64,000 nucleotides of DNA from Candidatus Hadarchaeota archaeon (GCA_964514965.1 CAZETV010000002.1:37547-101546), one strand, 5' to 3'. Shown: positions 47,001-57,253, counted from the first letter of the stretch. Made by a program: numbers and translations. Notes: a model not told the origin generated them from the sequence alone.

Positions 47001-48914
47001 ATGTCTGCAAGCGCCATAATCCAAGAGATAATTCTAGAAAATTTCATGAGTTACGAATATTCTAGAATCCCATTCAATCCGGGGCTCAACCTAGTTTGCG
47101 GTCCAAACGGCGCTGGAAAGTCATCAATTCTGCTCGCTCTAGCTGTGGCCCTTGGGCAGACCTACACCGAGCGCTCCCGTAAGCTCAGCGACCTCATCCG
47201 CCGGGGTAAGAATCTGGGACGAGTGAGCGTGGTGTTCGACAATTCCCCCCACAATGGAAGGAGGCCCATCCCGAGCGTGAACTCTGATAGTCTAGTCCTT
47301 TCGCGCTATCTGAACCGCGACGGAACCTACTGGCATGAGGCCAATAACCGCACGATAACGAAGGGCGAGGTGCTGCGGCTGCTCGGGCGGCTCTCGATAA
47401 ACCCCGACAACATGCTCATCATCATGCACCAGAACATGATTGATGTGCTCGGGGCGATAGATGCACACGAGCGGCTAAAAATCATCGAGGAAGCGGTCGG
47501 GCTGCGCGAGTACCGGGAGCATATCCTCGAGGCGCGTGAGAAGCTTTCGCACACCTTGAGCGAGGAGGAGTCGATTCGCAGCCTGCTCGAGAAAGCTCAA
47601 GAAACGTTGCGCTACTGGGAGGGCGAGTACGGGAGATTTCAGCGGAAGCAAGAGCTCGGAGAGCGGAAGCAGGAGCTAGAGCTGGAATACGCTTGGGCGA
47701 AATGTATCCGGCAGGAAGAGGCGGTCGGCAACCTTCAATCTAAACTCGACGGGCTAAAGTCAGAGCTGAGTGAGATCGAGGGCGAGCTGGAGCAAAACTC
47801 GAAACGTGGCGGGGAGCTTGAAAAAAAGTTGGGGGAACTTGGGTTTGAACTCGATGCTGCCTATCAAAAGCTCATCACCCAAGAACGGGCACAAGCCGAA
47901 GCGGGGGCACGCGCCAAGCTCATTGAGAGTTTCAACACATCCATACGCTCGGTGGCCGAAGTTGGCTTGAGTGAATTGCTCGCACACCTCGAGGTCGAAC
48001 TGGGGCGGGCGAAAGAAACCCTTAAAGAAGCCGGCGAGCGGGCGAATGAGGTGAAATCTGAACTCGTCAGGGGCAAGGGCGAACTCGAGAAAACCCAAGA
48101 AACTTACGTTAACTCCCGTATCCACACCGCCGTGCTGGGGTTCCGCCGCGAACTCCTAGAACGTGACATCTCAAGCGCTCAGTCCGAACTCAGGCGAGCA
48201 CGCCGCGAGCTGGAACAACTGGAGAATGATGCCCAGCAATTGGGGACGCGGGTCGAGACCGAAAGAAAGCCCCAGGAAGTGCTCGATGAACTCAAACTCA
48301 CCAACATCCAACTAGCCAGCTTAGCTGATGTCTCACCCGATGTCGAGAGGATGTATCTAAACTACAAGGGTACACTCAAGGAACTCGAGGCAAAGGCCGA
48401 GGTAGCTGCAGCCAACCGTAAGCGGGCGCTCGATGAGCTGGAACTCAGAAAGCAGCGCTGGACCGATGAAACAAACAACCTTATACGTCAAGTTAAGGTG
48501 AACTACATCGAAATCCTGAAGCGAGTTAACGCGAGCGGTGATGTGATTCTGACGAACGCTCAAGATATCGACGAAGCAGGGATAGAGCTGTTCGTTGGTT
48601 TCAGGGGGTCCGAACCTCAGGTGCTGAACGCCTACACACAGAGCGGAGGGGAACGAACGACTTCCCTAATGTGTTTTCTGCTGGCGCTGCAGCAACAAAT
48701 TCAATCCCCCATCCGTGCAATCGACGAGTTTGAAGCCCATCTGGACCCACACAATCGGGAGGCAATCCTGCAGGGGATTATAGAGTTCATGAAGGGCGGG
48801 GAGACGCAGTACATCGTGATCACCCCCGGACAGCTTTTCAACGTGAAAGGGATACCAAACGTGATCACCGTTCAAAACATCGCGGGCTCATCTCAGGTGA
48901 AGGTGGCTGCTTGA
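47001..48914 (+). CDS. short SMC-like ATPase (about 640 aa)
   Basis: N-terminal FMSYEYSRIPF..LNLVCGPNGAGKSSILLALAVALG, a long coiled coil, a C-terminal QSGGERTTSLMCFLLALQ signature and IRAIDEFEAHLD Walker B. Confidence 0.7.
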   Translation: MSASAIIQEIILENFMSYEYSRIPFNPGLNLVCGPNGAGKSSILLALAVALGQTYTERSRKLSDLIRRGKNLGRVSVVFDNSPHNGRRPIPSVNSDSLVLSRYLNRDGTYWHEANNRTITKGEVLRLLGRLSINPDNMLIIMHQNMIDVLGAIDAHERLKIIEEAVGLREYREHILEAREKLSHTLSEEESIRSLLEKAQETLRYWEGEYGRFQRKQELGERKQELELEYAWAKCIRQEEAVGNLQSKLDGLKSELSEIEGELEQNSKRGGELEKKLGELGFELDAAYQKLITQERAQAEAGARAKLIESFNTSIRSVAEVGLSELLAHLEVELGRAKETLKEAGERANEVKSELVRGKGELEKTQETYVNSRIHTAVLGFRRELLERDISSAQSELRRARRELEQLENDAQQLGTRVETERKPQEVLDELKLTNIQLASLADVSPDVERMYLNYKGTLKELEAKAEVAAANRKRALDELELRKQRWTDETNNLIRQVKVNYIEILKRVNASGDVILTNAQDIDEAGIELFVGFRGSEPQVLNAYTQSGGERTTSLMCFLLALQQQIQSPIRAIDEFEAHLDPHNREAILQGIIEFMKGGETQYIVITPGQLFNVKGIPNVITVQNIAGSSQVKVAA

Positions 48915-48915
48915 A

Positions 48916-49707
48916 ATGCCGGGCGAACGCAAAGAACTGATGTTACGGATAATCGACCTCTGCGACACTGTGCGAAAGCGAGGAGTCGACCCCTTCGACG
49001 TTGAGGTTCGAGAGTTTTTTGACCGACTGCGGGAACTCCTCCCAAATCTGAAAAAGAATGAGGACCTTTATCTTGACATCCAAGCGGTGCTCGGGCTTGC
49101 CGATGTGGTGTTCCAGCAGGGCGAGTGGATCAAGCACAAGTCGTCGATGCTCTACCTCGATCCCCTGCTGATTATGCTCAAGCTTCATGCCCTCCCGGCG
49201 CGAGAGCTTGCCGATGTCTTCGCGCGTTCATGGCACCCCATTGTGCAGATGGAGACACTCTCGCCCCACGGCATTTCCGAGGCCAAGCAGTACTGGACTA
49301 ATCTACCGAGCCTTGAAGAACGCTGGCGTGGGCTCGACACGACTGAGGTGTTTACTGGGGAGATAGCCCGCCGAGAGCTCGTTCGCATGGGCATCCTTTC
49401 AGAGGAAGACTTCGCGGCGGTGCTTGATCAGACTTGGCGCGAGCTCAAGGAAGCGGTGGGGGAGCGGGGCGAAATCTCTTACTGGGATTTCATCCACAAC
49501 CAGAGCTTCGAGGAAACCGTCAGGCGGGCATGGCTCGTGAGCTTCTTGGTGAGCTATGGCTACGCCACTCTCGAACTCAAGCCCCTTGAGGAGGAAATTT
49601 TGCTGAGACCGTTGCCCAAACCGCGAGAACTCGAACGTGTCACAACCTTCTCTGTCCCTATCGCTATTTCCCGTGACGAGTGGCTCAGGAGGCTAAAGGG
49701 TGGCTGA
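48916..49707 (+). CDS. ScpA/kleisin-like protein
   Basis: Its TGA overlaps the SMC-like stop. The N-terminal helical region (LRIIDLCDTVRKRGVDPFDVEV..FFDRL) resembles ScpA. Confidence 0.45.
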   Translation: MPGERKELMLRIIDLCDTVRKRGVDPFDVEVREFFDRLRELLPNLKKNEDLYLDIQAVLGLADVVFQQGEWIKHKSSMLYLDPLLIMLKLHALPARELADVFARSWHPIVQMETLSPHGISEAKQYWTNLPSLEERWRGLDTTEVFTGEIARRELVRMGILSEEDFAAVLDQTWRELKEAVGERGEISYWDFIHNQSFEETVRRAWLVSFLVSYGYATLELKPLEEEILLRPLPKPRELERVTTFSVPIAISRDEWLRRLKGG

Positions 49708-50311
49708 GGAACCAGATGTCGCCGAGCTACGGGAAAAGCTGGCGCGGGCTGCACAGCTCCTGCTCTACAAGCACCACATGCAACCGGGAGCCAAGGAATG
49801 GGAGCTCAGGCGCACTCTGGGCAGGGACTACGAGCAGATTCTGAAGCTTCTCGACGCCGAATTCGATAAACTGGGGCTAAAAGTAAAGCGAGTGAGCGAG
49901 GGCGAGACCAGCTCGGAATCGGACAGATATTATGTCACGCTCCGAGGGCATCCGAGAGTGACCGAGACCCGAACCTTCGGGTGGCGGATTGATGACATGG
50001 CAATGCTCACCGTCGCGCTCGCCCACATCCTATCAAAACAGGGAAAAGCCCCCCTCAAAGAGGTCGAGCGAATGTTGGAGGAAAAATTCCCGCGCTGGCG
50101 CATCGAGTCGACTTTAGACCGGTTCATCCGGCGGGGCTACCTGTCGGAGGATGATGAAGGGTTGCTCTACGTGGGGTGGCGCGCTCGGGCGGAAATCGAC
50201 CAGCGAACTCTGCTCGGGTTGTTGTTGGGGAAAGAAGAGAAGCCTAACGAAGCTGAGGCCGAGCCGAAAGTCGAAACCAAGAAAGTAGAAGAAACTAAAG
50301 GAGATAGCTAA
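49700..50311 (+). CDS. ScpB/kite-like winged-helix protein
   Basis: Two predicted wH repeats and an acidic C-terminus. Overlaps the ScpA-like stop. Confidence 0.4.
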   Translation: MAEEPDVAELREKLARAAQLLLYKHHMQPGAKEWELRRTLGRDYEQILKLLDAEFDKLGLKVKRVSEGETSSESDRYYVTLRGHPRVTETRTFGWRIDDMAMLTVALAHILSKQGKAPLKEVERMLEEKFPRWRIESTLDRFIRRGYLSEDDEGLLYVGWRARAEIDQRTLLGLLLGKEEKPNEAEAEPKVETKKVEETKGDS

Positions 50312-50356
50312 ATTTTTATCGTTTCAAAACGATTTACTTACAGTAGGAGACAAATT

Positions 50357-50638
50357 ATGAAGCAAAAATGTGAAGATTGGGAAGGCGAAATGCCGCCCGG
50401 ATTGGCTCCGAGGACCGCAGTTACAATTATGGTAGGCATCGGCTGGCTGATATTCCTCATATTATTCTTGGCATTTTACGCAGGAGGATTTAACATCTGG
50501 CAGAACATAGCAATCATGCTCGTGTCAATTCTCGTTGTGTGCGCGATACTCGGTCCGATGTGGGCTTATTGGGGAATTAAAACTGGCCGCGCTGCAGTTC
50601 GGAAGAGGAGAACGAGAAAGAGAAGAGTAAGGAAATAG
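50357..50638 (+). CDS. small membrane protein with poly-basic C-terminus
   Basis: Two or three TM helices, then RKRRTRKRRVRK. Confidence 0.35.
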   Translation: MKQKCEDWEGEMPPGLAPRTAVTIMVGIGWLIFLILFLAFYAGGFNIWQNIAIMLVSILVVCAILGPMWAYWGIKTGRAAVRKRRTRKRRVRK

Positions 50639-50660
50639 CTCCACTTTATCTCGACAACAC

Positions 50661-53537
50661 TTACGCCAACCTGAATCGCCTGAACAAAGCTTCCCGCTCT
50701 TTTCGAAGCAGGAGCTCGAAAAATTTGCTTGACATCTTCTGCTCCTTTGCTAATATCTCCCCCGCGGCCGCTTGTGTGATTCCCTTACCAGCCAATGTTA
50801 CAGCCGCGAGCTTTCCATATTGGCCGATAAGTTTAGCACTCCCCTGCAGTTCTTTCCAAGTCGGACTTTTCCTCCCTCGCTCCAAGAGTTCGATCGCCCG
50901 CCGGACCTCTTCAGCCGGCTTTTCGACCATCCCCAGCATCGTCGACCCACAGCGCGGACACTTCGGTTTTTCATCGAGTTCGTGGAGCTGGAGTTCCTTG
51001 ACATGATCCTTGCATTGAGTGCACGCGAAGGTGCGGGCCTCGCTGAGCAGCCGCGCTTTGGTCGAGGCTATCGCCAGCAGCCTGAGGCGCTCGGGCATCA
51101 TCGGCTCAAGAGCTAGGTAGCGCTTGCGCCACAACGCCAAGTTGGACACGGGGGTTGGCTCTTCCCGCTCCCCCAACGAGACCAGTTCTATTTCACCACT
51201 TCGAATACTTTCGAGCACCTCGAGCGTGCGCTTCAGATCGAGGTCCTTGCGCACGACTTCCTTGAATGTTTCTTCAAATGCTGGCGTTCCTTTGAGGCCG
51301 CGCATTAGCTTATCGAGGGTCACGCTTGTGAGCTCTGCCTCGCGCTCGAGTACGCCCATCCGCCGGGCTATCTGCGCAAGGCGCCACCGGAAGAACCGGC
51401 TCTCCTCGATTATCACGCGGAGGTCCTTCTTGAGGTCCGTGCTGAACCCGCCGCGCAATATCTCGATCACACCTTTTGGCTCGAGTGTCTCCGAGTGGAG
51501 CAGGATCCGGTAGGGGTCAATTGAGGTTGCGGTTGTCTCCCCGAGCTCGGTCGAGGCCTTGTAGGCGAGCAGCCGGGCAAGCGTTCGGTTGACAAGTGTT
51601 CCAAAGCAAGCGTTGACGATACAGAGCTCCTTAACTTTTTCTACAGTTACCCGCCGATCCGTGGGCACGGGCAACACAGCTTTGACCTGCTTGTGGGTGT
51701 CGGAGATGGCGGGTTCCATCGTGTCACGCGAAACGCCGTACCGCCCCGCAAGCTCTCGGACGATTTCATCAAATTCTTTGCCTGCACGTGAAAACTCCTC
51801 AAGTTGGGCCCGGAGCTTGCCGGCCTCCTGCGCGACTGAGTAGGGCACAGGGATTTCTTCGCCTATCCAAGTCGGAATCGCCCCGAGAGGGTCGTTGTCG
51901 GGCTTCACGTAGACTTTGTCCTTGAAGACCTGGAGCACCCGCCAGATCTCACCTCCTATCACAAATTTTACCCCGGGTTCGCCATACTCCGCAACGAAAG
52001 ACTCGTCCAAAATCCCGACTGGCTGGTTACGCTCGTCGTTGATTACGAGGTACTGCCGGACTTCAGGAATCATCGAGAGGTTTCCGAAATAATAGTTGAA
52101 AACCCGTTCCGTCGCTCGCGGGCGTGCAAACTCTTTCCCATCCTCGGAGACCAGCGCTAACCGCTTTTCTAAACTCTGCGCGAACTGGAGCACCTCGAGC
52201 AAGTCCTCCCGCTTGAGGTTCCTGAACGGGTAAGCGCGCCGGAAAATTTCGTAAACATCATCAACGCTTACTCTCCGCTGTACCACCATGATCGAAACCA
52301 GCGCATGGAGAAGCACGTCGAGGGGCTTCTCGGGAACGATAACGGGCTCAAGCTCTTGCCGATGAGACCGGTCGGCTATCACGATTGACTCGAGTGCGTC
52401 TTCCGGGTCTTGAACCATGATTACCCCTTTGGCCACCCCGCCTATCCTGTGGCCGCTCCGCCCGACTCGCTGGAGCAAGCGAGTGGCCTGGCGAGGAGAA
52501 TTGTACTGGATAACTAGGTCTATTCGCCCGATGTCCAACCCTAGCTCCATGCTCGAAGTGCAGACGATCCCTTTGAGCTCACCCTGTTTCAGCCCTCGCT
52601 CGGACCGGAGCCTCGAGAAGCCCGACAGTGACCCATGGTGGACGCTGAGAGGAAAACGAATATCCCAGAGGCGGAAGCGACTCGCCAAGATTTCAGCGGT
52701 TGCGCGTGTGTTGGTGAAGACGAGCGTGGAACCGTGCTCTTCGATTAACTTTCGCATCGTGCGTAAACGGGCAGCAACTGGAGAGTAAGTGTAGAGTTCT
52801 GATGCCAGCCGTTCGTCGCGCTTGGTCGCTGCGGGGTAGAGGATATCCAGTTCCAACTCACGAACGACGCTAACATCTACAACCTCGCATGATCTATCCA
52901 CACCTGCCAGAAATCTGGCGACCTCCTGCGGGGAACCAATTGTGGCGGAAAGCCCGATGAGCTGGAATTCTCCACCTTTGAGCTTGCGCAGCCTTTCGAG
53001 TGTGAGGGCAAGCTGTACCCCGCGCTTGTTGTCAGCCAGCTCGTGGACCTCGTCAATAATCACCCACCGCACGCTTCGCAGGTGCTGACTCAGTCTCCGG
53101 CCCATCAGGAATATCTGAAGGGTCTCAGGAGTGGTGATCAAAACATCTGGTGGGATTAATGCCTGTGCTCGCCGCTCACGCGCCGCCGTGTCCCCGTGAC
53201 GGACTGATATCCGTAGGTCGAGAGCACGACACCACCACTCCAGCCGCTCAAGCATGTCACGGTTGAGGGCCCGAAGTGGAGTGATGTAGATTACCTTTAT
53301 CCCACGTTCGCGCGTCTGTGATACCAAGAGTTGGTGTAGCACCGGTAAGAAAGAGGCTTCCGTCTTTCCCGTACCCGCTGGAGCAATCAGCAGAACATTT
53401 TTGCCTTCAAGGATTTTGGGAATTGCTCTGCTTTGTGGGTGGGTAGGCTCGGTGAATCCCCGCTCGGCCAGCAACTTTCGGATTGGTCTGGCCAGTGAAT
53501 CAAACACGTTGGATTCGTCCGACGTTTTAAACCCCAT
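50661..53537 (-). CDS. lhr: Lhr-like large DEAD/DEAH-box helicase
   Basis: 958 aa. APAGTGKTEASFLP (motif I), DEVH and QRVGRSGH (motif VI), plus a C-terminal DEAD/H-associated region. Confidence 0.85.
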   Translation of the reverse strand: MGFKTSDESNVFDSLARPIRKLLAERGFTEPTHPQSRAIPKILEGKNVLLIAPAGTGKTEASFLPVLHQLLVSQTRERGIKVIYITPLRALNRDMLERLEWWCRALDLRISVRHGDTAARERRAQALIPPDVLITTPETLQIFLMGRRLSQHLRSVRWVIIDEVHELADNKRGVQLALTLERLRKLKGGEFQLIGLSATIGSPQEVARFLAGVDRSCEVVDVSVVRELELDILYPAATKRDERLASELYTYSPVAARLRTMRKLIEEHGSTLVFTNTRATAEILASRFRLWDIRFPLSVHHGSLSGFSRLRSERGLKQGELKGIVCTSSMELGLDIGRIDLVIQYNSPRQATRLLQRVGRSGHRIGGVAKGVIMVQDPEDALESIVIADRSHRQELEPVIVPEKPLDVLLHALVSIMVVQRRVSVDDVYEIFRRAYPFRNLKREDLLEVLQFAQSLEKRLALVSEDGKEFARPRATERVFNYYFGNLSMIPEVRQYLVINDERNQPVGILDESFVAEYGEPGVKFVIGGEIWRVLQVFKDKVYVKPDNDPLGAIPTWIGEEIPVPYSVAQEAGKLRAQLEEFSRAGKEFDEIVRELAGRYGVSRDTMEPAISDTHKQVKAVLPVPTDRRVTVEKVKELCIVNACFGTLVNRTLARLLAYKASTELGETTATSIDPYRILLHSETLEPKGVIEILRGGFSTDLKKDLRVIIEESRFFRWRLAQIARRMGVLEREAELTSVTLDKLMRGLKGTPAFEETFKEVVRKDLDLKRTLEVLESIRSGEIELVSLGEREEPTPVSNLALWRKRYLALEPMMPERLRLLAIASTKARLLSEARTFACTQCKDHVKELQLHELDEKPKCPRCGSTMLGMVEKPAEEVRRAIELLERGRKSPTWKELQGSAKLIGQYGKLAAVTLAGKGITQAAAGEILAKEQKMSSKFFELLLRKEREALFRRFRLA

Positions 53538-53615
53538 GAACTTTTAGTCGGCTTTACTTATCAGTCTTGATTGCCAAATGGTGGTTTCACCCGTATGTGA
53601 ATCGGGTCTTTAAAC

Positions 53616-54050
53616 CTAGCGGTAAGCGGCGCCCAGGTCCAACTTCCGGCGCAGCTCATCGAGTTTCAATTTCAGTTCAATATCTATCTTTCGCTGCTTC
53701 CCCGGGAGGAGACCTCTTAGATGCTCGGTCGACTCCTGATAGCGACCCATGCCCGCCGCGACAATCGCCCGATTCCTGAACTTGGGGTGAGAAGAAATCA
53801 GCCCGAAAGGCATTGGCAACCCTTCCTCCATGAGCTCGCGAATTTCATCGTCCACCTTCCGAGCGGCCACCCGCGCCCCAGCACCGACCATCTCGTAAGG
53901 ACTTTTTAACTCGCCCTTGATCTGCCAGATACCCACATCTGGGCCGTAAAAGAAGAGGTCTCTGTAGCCGTAATCATCACCACCAGTTAAAACCCGCCAC
54001 TTGTTTTGAAGCTTGGGGAACTGCCTGTAGCGCTTGCGCATTTCCTCCAT
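53616..54050 (-). CDS. hypothetical protein
   Basis: ORF track gives 53616-54143. That start would overlap acylphosphatase by 62 nt, so Met-32 or Met-35 is more likely the start. Confidence 0.3.
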   Translation of the reverse strand: MEEMRKRYRQFPKLQNKWRVLTGGDDYGYRDLFFYGPDVGIWQIKGELKSPYEMVGAGARVAARKVDDEIRELMEEGLPMPFGLISSHPKFRNRAIVAAGMGRYQESTEHLRGLLPGKQRKIDIELKLKLDELRRKLDLGAAYR

Positions 54051-54081
54051 AATCTTCGATAGTGAACTAACATCCACGTTA

Positions 54082-54360
54082 TCACCAGTATCGCACCTTG
54101 AAGTCTGAAAACCCGCCACGATAATTTTCCCATTCGACATCAACTTTGCTGACCGTGGCTCCAGAAGGACCGTGATTGCAAAAGTTCAGCACTCGCTCCA
54201 CCGCATCCTTTTCGCCCTCGAACACCGCTTCGACTCGACCATCGTGTGTGTTTCTAACCCAACCGTGAACACCGAGTTGCTGCGCCAATTCTCGAGTGTA
54301 ATATCTGAAAGAAACGCCCTGAACCATTCCAGATATCAGCACGTGGGCCCTCGCTTTCAT
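54082..54360 (-). CDS. acyP: acylphosphatase
   Basis: 92 aa with VQGVSFRYYT and GWVRNTHDGRVE motifs. Confidence 0.8.
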   Translation of the reverse strand: MKARAHVLISGMVQGVSFRYYTRELAQQLGVHGWVRNTHDGRVEAVFEGEKDAVERVLNFCNHGPSGATVSKVDVEWENYRGGFSDFKVRYW

Positions 54361-54447
54361 TAAAATCCCATTTCAATTATGTGCGGCCTAACAAAAAATT
54401 GTTGCTCAAGAGGTAAACTTCATCTGCGCCAATTGATTTTCGATTTC

Positions 54448-55032
54448 CTACCTCGAAACGAACGGATTTCCCTGGACGAAAAACCTCAGCTTCCGCTTTA
54501 GGTCAGCACTCACTCCAATGCGATGCGAATCTCTTATCTTAAATTGTTCGACTCTACCTTCGATTATTGTCAATTCGCTCTTAGAGTTTGTTAAATCTAG
54601 TCCGTGGTGTTCACGTGTTATGCCCATAGCACGCGTCAGCTTCCCTGGTCCCGACATCAATTCAAGTTCATCTGAAATCTGCCTTCGCTGGCGCATAAGT
54701 TCGACACCCTCCAACGGCATTAGCGCGCGAATAAACACTGACCCCGGTACGCCTTCCCGCTCGGTTGTTACGTTAAACAATTCATGTGCATGTATTGAAT
54801 ACACAAACGCCAATCCGCCACGCCACCACATTATCTCGTTTAGCCTTGTACGTTTGCGCGAGGCCCGGGAAGCCAGATCTCTCTTGCCGTAGTACGCTTC
54901 GACCTCGACGATATTGCCGCTCGTGAGACCTTCGCTCGTGCGGTGGATGAATACTTTCCCCAGCAGTTCTCTGGCAACCGTGGAAGTGTCACGCTCGTAG
55001 AAATCTCTCGGGAGAGGATGCATGTTAACCAC
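54448..55032 (-). CDS. mpg: DNA-3-methyladenine glycosylase (AAG/Mpg family)
   Basis: FYERDTSTVARELLGKVF..IVEVEAYYG..DLASRA pattern of the Mpg family. Confidence 0.75.
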   Translation of the reverse strand: MVNMHPLPRDFYERDTSTVARELLGKVFIHRTSEGLTSGNIVEVEAYYGKRDLASRASRKRTRLNEIMWWRGGLAFVYSIHAHELFNVTTEREGVPGSVFIRALMPLEGVELMRQRRQISDELELMSGPGKLTRAMGITREHHGLDLTNSKSELTIIEGRVEQFKIRDSHRIGVSADLKRKLRFFVQGNPFVSR

Positions 55033-55094
55033 CCAGGATTTCTCCAGAATTGTTAAAAATATGTTCGACGTAACTAAAAGATGGAGGTTATGAT

Positions 55095-55757
55095 ATGGAG
55101 CTTGACCCGAAGGTAAAGGAGAGATACCCAGACTTCATCGCGGCTTATGCATTAGTGAGCGGCTTGACTATTGAGCCGGCCACCGAAGGGCTGATCGAGC
55201 GAAAGCGCGAAGTATTCAGCAACCTCAAGGCGAGCTATGGGGCCCAGAACGTGCTGGACCTAGCCGAATTGAAGACATACCGCGCATTTTTCAAAGTGAT
55301 GGGTGCAGACCCTTCGAGCTATCGTCCCGCGCCGGAATATTTGCTCCGCCGAGCGCTCGATGATCGATTTCCTGCTGTCAACAACTTGGTTGACGCTTGT
55401 TTGCTTGCTACGATCGAGCACTTAGTGATGGTAGGGAGCTACGATGCTGACAAGGCAAAAGGGCAAGTTGTGACGACGCTGGCGACAGAGCCCAAGCCCT
55501 TCGAATTAATAAACGGACGAAAAATCAGCGCGAAGCCCGACGAAATCATCCTGCGAGATGATGCGAAGATGCTGGCGGCATACACTCTCGGTGACGCGAA
55601 AGCAGCGATGATCACGCAGAAAACATCAAATGCTTTAATCGTGATCTGGAACGCCCTTGGCATAACACGCGAAAGAGTTGAGGCAGCTCTCAACGCAACC
55701 ACAACCTACGCTCGGAAGTTCTGCGGCGGTCATGTGGAGCGAAGTGAACTGCTTTAG
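55095..55757 (+). CDS. B3/4-domain protein (paralog of 23521-24189)
   Basis: Pattern shared with the other paralog (YRAFFKVMGADPSSYRPAPE vs [20 protein letters not shown]; C-terminal KFCGG). Confidence 0.55.
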   Translation: MELDPKVKERYPDFIAAYALVSGLTIEPATEGLIERKREVFSNLKASYGAQNVLDLAELKTYRAFFKVMGADPSSYRPAPEYLLRRALDDRFPAVNNLVDACLLATIEHLVMVGSYDADKAKGQVVTTLATEPKPFELINGRKISAKPDEIILRDDAKMLAAYTLGDAKAAMITQKTSNALIVIWNALGITRERVEAALNATTTYARKFCGGHVERSELL

Positions 55758-55766
55758 GTTGGCACA

Positions 55767-55976
55767 ATGCACCAGCTGACTTGGCTAGACATTGCGTTTG
55801 TTCTAATAGGAGTTGCCCTTTTGCTGCTTCCCATCTTGGGCAAGTATATTGACCTCTCACAGGTGCCGTCTTGGCTGATTTACATCTATCACAGTAATGG
55901 GTTCTACTTCTTGACTTCGCCATTACTACTCGTGCTCTCGATTGGTGCATTCATCGCCTACATTTTGATGAGGTAA
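55767..55976 (+). CDS. small membrane protein
   Basis: Two hydrophobic helices. Confidence 0.3.
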   Translation: MHQLTWLDIAFVLIGVALLLLPILGKYIDLSQVPSWLIYIYHSNGFYFLTSPLLLVLSIGAFIAYILMR

Positions 55977-56215
55977 AGGACGAATGATTTTAGTTTCCAA
56001 ACGTCGCCATGATATAAGGAGATAACATAACTTCGCAACTCTCGCTTCGCCAGCGGCAGGCGCTCCTCCTCAGCTCAAAAGACGGATGGGCGCCCGGCAA
56101 GGAAATCTTTATTCACTTCACGAACCCTGCTTTTACGCTCTCCACTCAAAACGGGGTCACGACGTTAGAATCACCCAAACGCAAGCTTAAGTTAAAGGAC
56201 GACCCAATCACCATC

Positions 56216-57244
56216 TTGGAAAATTTTCTAGCCCAAGACTACTTCGCCGTTGGTTACTTGAGTTACGAATTTTTTAAGTACCTCGAGCGGGATTTTGTAC
56301 CCAACCCGCGCAAAGATGGCGCCACTTTTCCAGACGCCTGTTTCTTATTTTTCGAAGGTGACGCTGCGCGAGGAAATATCGATGATTGGTGGGGTGAGAA
56401 TGAGAATATAACCAGCTCAAAAAAGACATTCAACCCGCGCCCGAACATGACTAAATCTAATTTCATCCGTATGGTCGAGCAGGCGCGCGACTACATCGGC
56501 AAAGGTGATATCTACCAAGTGAACCTCTCGCAACGCTTTGAGGTGCCGTTTGATATCCCGCCGCAATTGTTCCTCGCCAAGCTTTACAGGGTGCAGCCAG
56601 TCCCGTTCGCATGCTGCATGGACTTTGGGGAGTTCCAGCTTGTGAGCGGGTCCATGGAGCTCTTTCTGAGGAGAAAGGGCAGACAATTGGTGACAAAACC
56701 GATTAAGGGCACCCGAAAACGAGGGGCAACTGCCGATGAAGACAAAGCCCTACGAGAAGAGCTCGCGGCAAGCAAAAAAGAGCGAGCCGAAAACCTCATG
56801 ATTACTGATCTCATGCGTAACGACTTAGGGCGAGTTTGCGAGTACGGCAGCGTAAGAATAAACAATCTCTTCAAGATAGAATCCTATTCAACACTTTACC
56901 AGATGGTATCAGAGATAGAGGGCACCTTACGTGGTGAGATTACAATCAACAACATGATCCAAAATACTTTCCCACCGGGCTCAATAACTGGAGCCCCCAA
57001 GCGTCGAGCTATGGAAATCATCGACGAGCTTGAGCCACATTTGCGGGGCCCTTACTGTGGTGCCATCGGTATTTTCGAGCCTTCCGGCGACTTCACATTG
57101 AGCGTTGCAATCAGAGTGTTCGTTTCATCGCGGGGGAGAGGTACCTTCTGGGTAGGGGGAGGAATCATGTGGGACTCGGTACCCGAACAGGAGTACGAGG
57201 AAACCCTAATCAAAGCAAAAGCGATAATGAAAGCGCTCGCGTGA
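56216..57244 (+). CDS. pabB: chorismate-binding enzyme, aminodeoxychorismate synthase component I-like (N-terminus apparently missing or frameshifted)
   Basis: Catalytic C-terminal domain motifs (PIKGTRKRG, GAPKRRAMEIIDELE, GPYCGAIG). The 60 in-frame codons upstream still look like PabB/TrpE N-terminal sequence but hold no ATG, GTG or TTG. A short ATG ORF at 55984 lies in another frame. Confidence 0.7.
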   Translation: MENFLAQDYFAVGYLSYEFFKYLERDFVPNPRKDGATFPDACFLFFEGDAARGNIDDWWGENENITSSKKTFNPRPNMTKSNFIRMVEQARDYIGKGDIYQVNLSQRFEVPFDIPPQLFLAKLYRVQPVPFACCMDFGEFQLVSGSMELFLRRKGRQLVTKPIKGTRKRGATADEDKALREELAASKKERAENLMITDLMRNDLGRVCEYGSVRINNLFKIESYSTLYQMVSEIEGTLRGEITINNMIQNTFPPGSITGAPKRRAMEIIDELEPHLRGPYCGAIGIFEPSGDFTLSVAIRVFVSSRGRGTFWVGGGIMWDSVPEQEYEETLIKAKAIMKALA

Positions 57245-57253
57245 GGTGGTGAG

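Noticed and set aside
46226-50638. Wadjet (JetABCD) assignment for the SMC-like triad
   Set aside because: There is no Toprim JetD-like gene downstream; the next gene is a 93-aa membrane protein. The SMC-like protein is also much shorter than JetC, so I keep it as an SMC-like/ScpAB-like triad of unknown role.
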